NCBI RefSeq assembly: GCF_043950625.1
Contig: NZ_CP171007.1
Origin: Alkanindiges sp. WGS2144
Lineage (GTDB): Bacteria > Pseudomonadota > Gammaproteobacteria > Pseudomonadales > Moraxellaceae
DNA: 32,000 nt
Strand: one strand, 5' to 3'
In this document: positions 29,487 to 32,000 of the stretch, in pieces
Layout: each line of letters begins with the position of its first letter
Numbering within the stretch: the stretch's first letter is position 1
Notes under the pieces: model-generated
Told to the model about the DNA's origin: nothing
The model's database searches: none
The model's input: only the letters and a program-made list of their open reading frames with translations
Program-made: the position numbers and the translations under genes

Positions 29487-30575
29487 TTATAACCAGTTGA
29501 CCTGCCTGAACCGGTAAAACAGGAAACTGCAGACAGTGATCATAATAATCAGAATAATAAAATAGGAAGCTGGCCAGTGCAGCTCTGGCATCAGGTCAAA
29601 GTTCATGCCATAAATACTGGCAATTAAAGTGGGCACGGCCAGGATAGCCGCCCAGGATGCCAGCCGTTTTACAATTTCGTTCTGGCTCAAGCTCACCTGC
29701 GCCAGATGTGTTTCCATAGCTGCTTTTTGCATCTCGCTCTGGCTCTGGATCACATCAAGTGTGGTAAGCAGCTTGTCCTGAATATCCCGAAAGTATGGAA
29801 TAACCTGCTTTGGTACCAGGTCAGCCAGTTCGGCACCATGATGAACAATCAAATAGCGCACTACCTCCTGAGTAGGCGCTACCGCAAGGTGAAAGCGGGT
29901 TAGCTCTTCTTTTAAATGATAAAGATAATGCAGGGTCTGCCGATGAAACCTGTCGCTAAAAATATTTTCCTTTAGTGCCTGTAAGCGCTCATGCATTTGC
30001 TCCAGAATAGGTAAATACTGTTCTACCAGACAGCTCATCAAGGCATAAAAAATATAACTCGGGCCAAGTGCCACCTGTGCTGGATTACTCTTGCAAATCT
30101 CCCTCACCTCCTGCTCACACAAGGTATTGCCCTGACGTATGGAGATAATAAAACGCTCACCTAGAAATATATTGGTGCTGCCAAATTCAATATTTTCAGC
30201 GCCTTCAAGTCGATTAACCGTACTGAACACGACAAACAGATTATTATCATAGGTTTCTATTTTGGTACGCTGTAACACCAGTGTCGTATCTTCAATCGCC
30301 AGATCATGCAGATCGAAGTCCTGCTGCAGTCGAGACAATACTTCGGGCTTGGGCTTTATCAGGTAAATCCAGATGAAATGCTCTTTATTGTGCTCCAGCT
30401 GTGCCTTGGCTTCTTCCAGTTTAACCGTACCTAGCATGGTACCGGTTGCACAGTTAAACAGCAGGCAACAGACTTCTTGAGGTACCTCATCAGCGCCTGG
30501 TTCAACTCTGTCTAAAAATGCAGCATCCATGGTGGCTGATGGCTGCTCAGCTTTGCTTGAATGATCGTTTTTCAT
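29487..30575 (-). CDS. corA: CorA-family magnesium/cobalt transporter
   Basis: YGMNF signature (IASIYGMNFDLMPEL) before the last TM helix; two C-terminal TM segments. The start codon is uncertain because there is no clear SD. Confidence 0.88.
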   Translation of the reverse strand: MKNDHSSKAEQPSATMDAAFLDRVEPGADEVPQEVCCLLFNCATGTMLGTVKLEEAKAQLEHNKEHFIWIYLIKPKPEVLSRLQQDFDLHDLAIEDTTLVLQRTKIETYDNNLFVVFSTVNRLEGAENIEFGSTNIFLGERFIISIRQGNTLCEQEVREICKSNPAQVALGPSYIFYALMSCLVEQYLPILEQMHERLQALKENIFSDRFHRQTLHYLYHLKEELTRFHLAVAPTQEVVRYLIVHHGAELADLVPKQVIPYFRDIQDKLLTTLDVIQSQSEMQKAAMETHLAQVSLSQNEIVKRLASWAAILAVPTLIASIYGMNFDLMPELHWPASYFIILIIMITVCSFLFYRFRQVNWL

Positions 30576-30916
30576 AAAAAGTTACGTTTAAGAAAGATTA
30601 TATTTATTGATGAGTGTATAAAAGCACGCTGATAATTGCGTATCGATTTAACAGCACTGTTGTTATGGTAATTATCAACCAAAGTACTAATGTTGCAGCT
30701 CATAGGTTATGGCAAGCTGGTAGAGCAGCAAATGGTACAGTAGCAGGCATATAATGCAGAATAATGACAGTGCTCTGCTATTTTTTACTATTATATGCCA
30801 AATTTTTTTGATCAGTCTTGGGCGATAATAGCCTCCTTTAATGATCGGCTGTTCCCTGGCCTTAACAATTTGGCATCTCACACTTGGCACCTAACAATGA
30901 GCAGGCAGGATATTTA

Positions 30917-32000
30917 ATGGCAAAGAATAATGGTTTTTCCCAGTTATACCGCCGGGTTTCAGGAAAAATGCTAAATGCGTTTGTGATGCCCCATTTACTT
31001 GGGGAACCTTCTGACCAGGATAGTTCCGCATCCAGTCAAGATACTGTCCAGTCGCAATCACAGCCTGTAGCAGCGCATCCGGTTTGTTATGTGCTACAGA
31101 CTTATTCGCGCAGCAATGCGCTGGTGGTTGATGGTGAGACCCGTCGCCTGAACCTGCCGCCGGCGCTGGACGCCATGGACAGCTACCTGCTGCATGAGAA
31201 TGCCTCAGTGATCTTTTTGCAGCAAAACAGTCAGCAAAATTATTTCTATCCCAATAACTACACTTTTCCACCCCGCTTGTTGCGTCTGTTAGAAGCACTG
31301 GATAAAAACCCTGAATTTGATGTTCAGCTAGTGCCGGTAACCGTACTGTGGGGACGCGCTCCAGAAAAAGAGGAATCGTGGTTCAAGCTGCTGGTGACTG
31401 ATTCATGGGCCACGCCCAGCGCCTTAAAACAACTGGTGAACATTGGCGTTCATGGACGCCAGACCTTTTTAGAGTTCCATGAGCCGCGTTCACTACGGCA
31501 AATGCTGGCCGAGGCCACAGCGCAATATCCTAATCTTGCACCAGCCACTTATATTGTCAGTAGCCTGAATGAATATCTGGCCAAGCAGCGCGAAGTGATT
31601 CTGGGGCCGGACTTGTCAGACCGCCGCAATGTCGTAAGCAGTCTGATTCAGTCGCGTGATATTCAGCAGGCCATTAAGCAGGAAACTGTTCGCAGCAATA
31701 TCACCCCTGCCCAGGCTGAGCAAATGGCTGCCCGCTACCTGGATGAGATTGTATCGGACTATTCGCCTTCCAGCGTTCGTGTGTTTGATCATGGTTTATC
31801 ATGGCTATGGACACAGCTATATGATGGCGTAGAGGTGCATCATTTTCAGACAGTGCGTGAGCTGGCTGAAAAATATGAAATTATTTATACACCCTGCCAC
31901 CGTAGTCACATTGATTATCTACTATTGTCCTATGTGATTTACAAGCGCGGGCTAATGATTCCTTATATTGCCGCGGGCGATAACCTGAACTTGCCCTTCC
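30917..32000 (+). CDS. plsB: glycerol-3-phosphate acyltransferase, N-terminal part (continues beyond window)
   Basis: Not in the ORF track because no stop falls in the window. My translation of frame 2 from ATG 30917 (AGGA 6 nt upstream) is MAKNNGFSQLYRRVSGKML...LVPVTVLWGRAPEKEESWFKLL...TPCHRSHIDYLLLSYVIYKRGLMIPYIAAGDNLNLPF. It contains the HX4D acyltransferase motif and PlsB-typical flanks. Confidence 0.9.
   Translation, partial: MAKNNGFSQLYRRVSGKMLNAFVMPHLLGEPSDQDSSASSQDTVQSQSQPVAAHPVCYVLQTYSRSNALVVDGETRRLNLPPALDAMDSYLLHENASVIFLQQNSQQNYFYPNNYTFPPRLLRLLEALDKNPEFDVQLVPVTVLWGRAPEKEESWFKLLVTDSWATPSALKQLVNIGVHGRQTFLEFHEPRSLRQMLAEATAQYPNLAPATYIVSSLNEYLAKQREVILGPDLSDRRNVVSSLIQSRDIQQAIKQETVRSNITPAQAEQMAARYLDEIVSDYSPSSVRVFDHGLSWLWTQLYDGVEVHHFQTVRELAEKYEIIYTPCHRSHIDYLLLSYVIYKRGLMIPYIAAGDNLNLPF

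Noticed and set aside
30687-31298. Minus-strand ORFs 30891-31298 (135 aa) and 30687-30890 (67 aa)
   Set aside because: The first lies antisense to the clearly recognisable plsB reading frame, which is open from 30917 to the window end. The second is a low-complexity Leu/Ile-rich ORF in the AT-rich promoter spacer with no SD.
1-32000. Search for a novel multi-gene system (defence, toxin, secretion, CRISPR, retron-like, phage remnants), and for tRNA, rRNA or tandem repeats
   Set aside because: Every sizeable ORF has an ordinary housekeeping or metabolic assignment. I saw no nuclease, helicase, ATPase or reverse-transcriptase candidates, no repeat-spacer array, no tRNA-like T-arm motifs, and no integrase. 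Apart from the IS tail at the left edge, the window reads as core genome.

Overview
This is a chromosomal segment of a gammaproteobacterium. The RpoA and ribosomal-protein sequences look Moraxellaceae/Acinetobacter-like, but that is an inference from memory, not a search. The centre (6401-20048, minus strand) is a complete S10-spc-alpha ribosomal cluster, rpsJ to rplQ, 28 genes including secY and rpoA. Two of these, rpmJ (9339-9455) and rpmD (11302-11478), are missing from the supplied ORF track, presumably because they are short (38 and 58 aa); I found them by hand translation. The left flank holds the tail of an IS4/IS5-type DDE transposase cut by the window edge, a 61-aa orphan membrane ORF, a DUF937/YidB-like gene, the sdhE-ygfX pair, an acyl-CoA dehydrogenase, an AlmA/EthA-type Baeyer-Villiger flavin monooxygenase and a carboxylesterase. 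The right flank holds a class-I glutamine amidotransferase, an SDR oxidoreductase, an AhpD-like CMD protein, metC, hmp with a clear NsrR operator, nsrR, engB, a DAACS symporter, tesB, corA and the 5' part of plsB (open to the window end, not in the ORF track). I saw no rRNA, tRNA, CRISPR array, or recognisable defence, secretion or toxin machinery. This reads as ordinary core genome, and I did not find a convincing novel multi-gene system. The leads worth a second look are small. They are twin perfect palindromes upstream of an orphan mini-ORF beside the IS tail, a 15-bp-stem hairpin in the rpsQ-rplN spacer, a predicted S10 promoter with a roughly 170-nt leader, the hmp-nsrR module, a BVMO/esterase/acyl-CoA dehydrogenase neighbourhood, and an EngB with unusual charged extensions.
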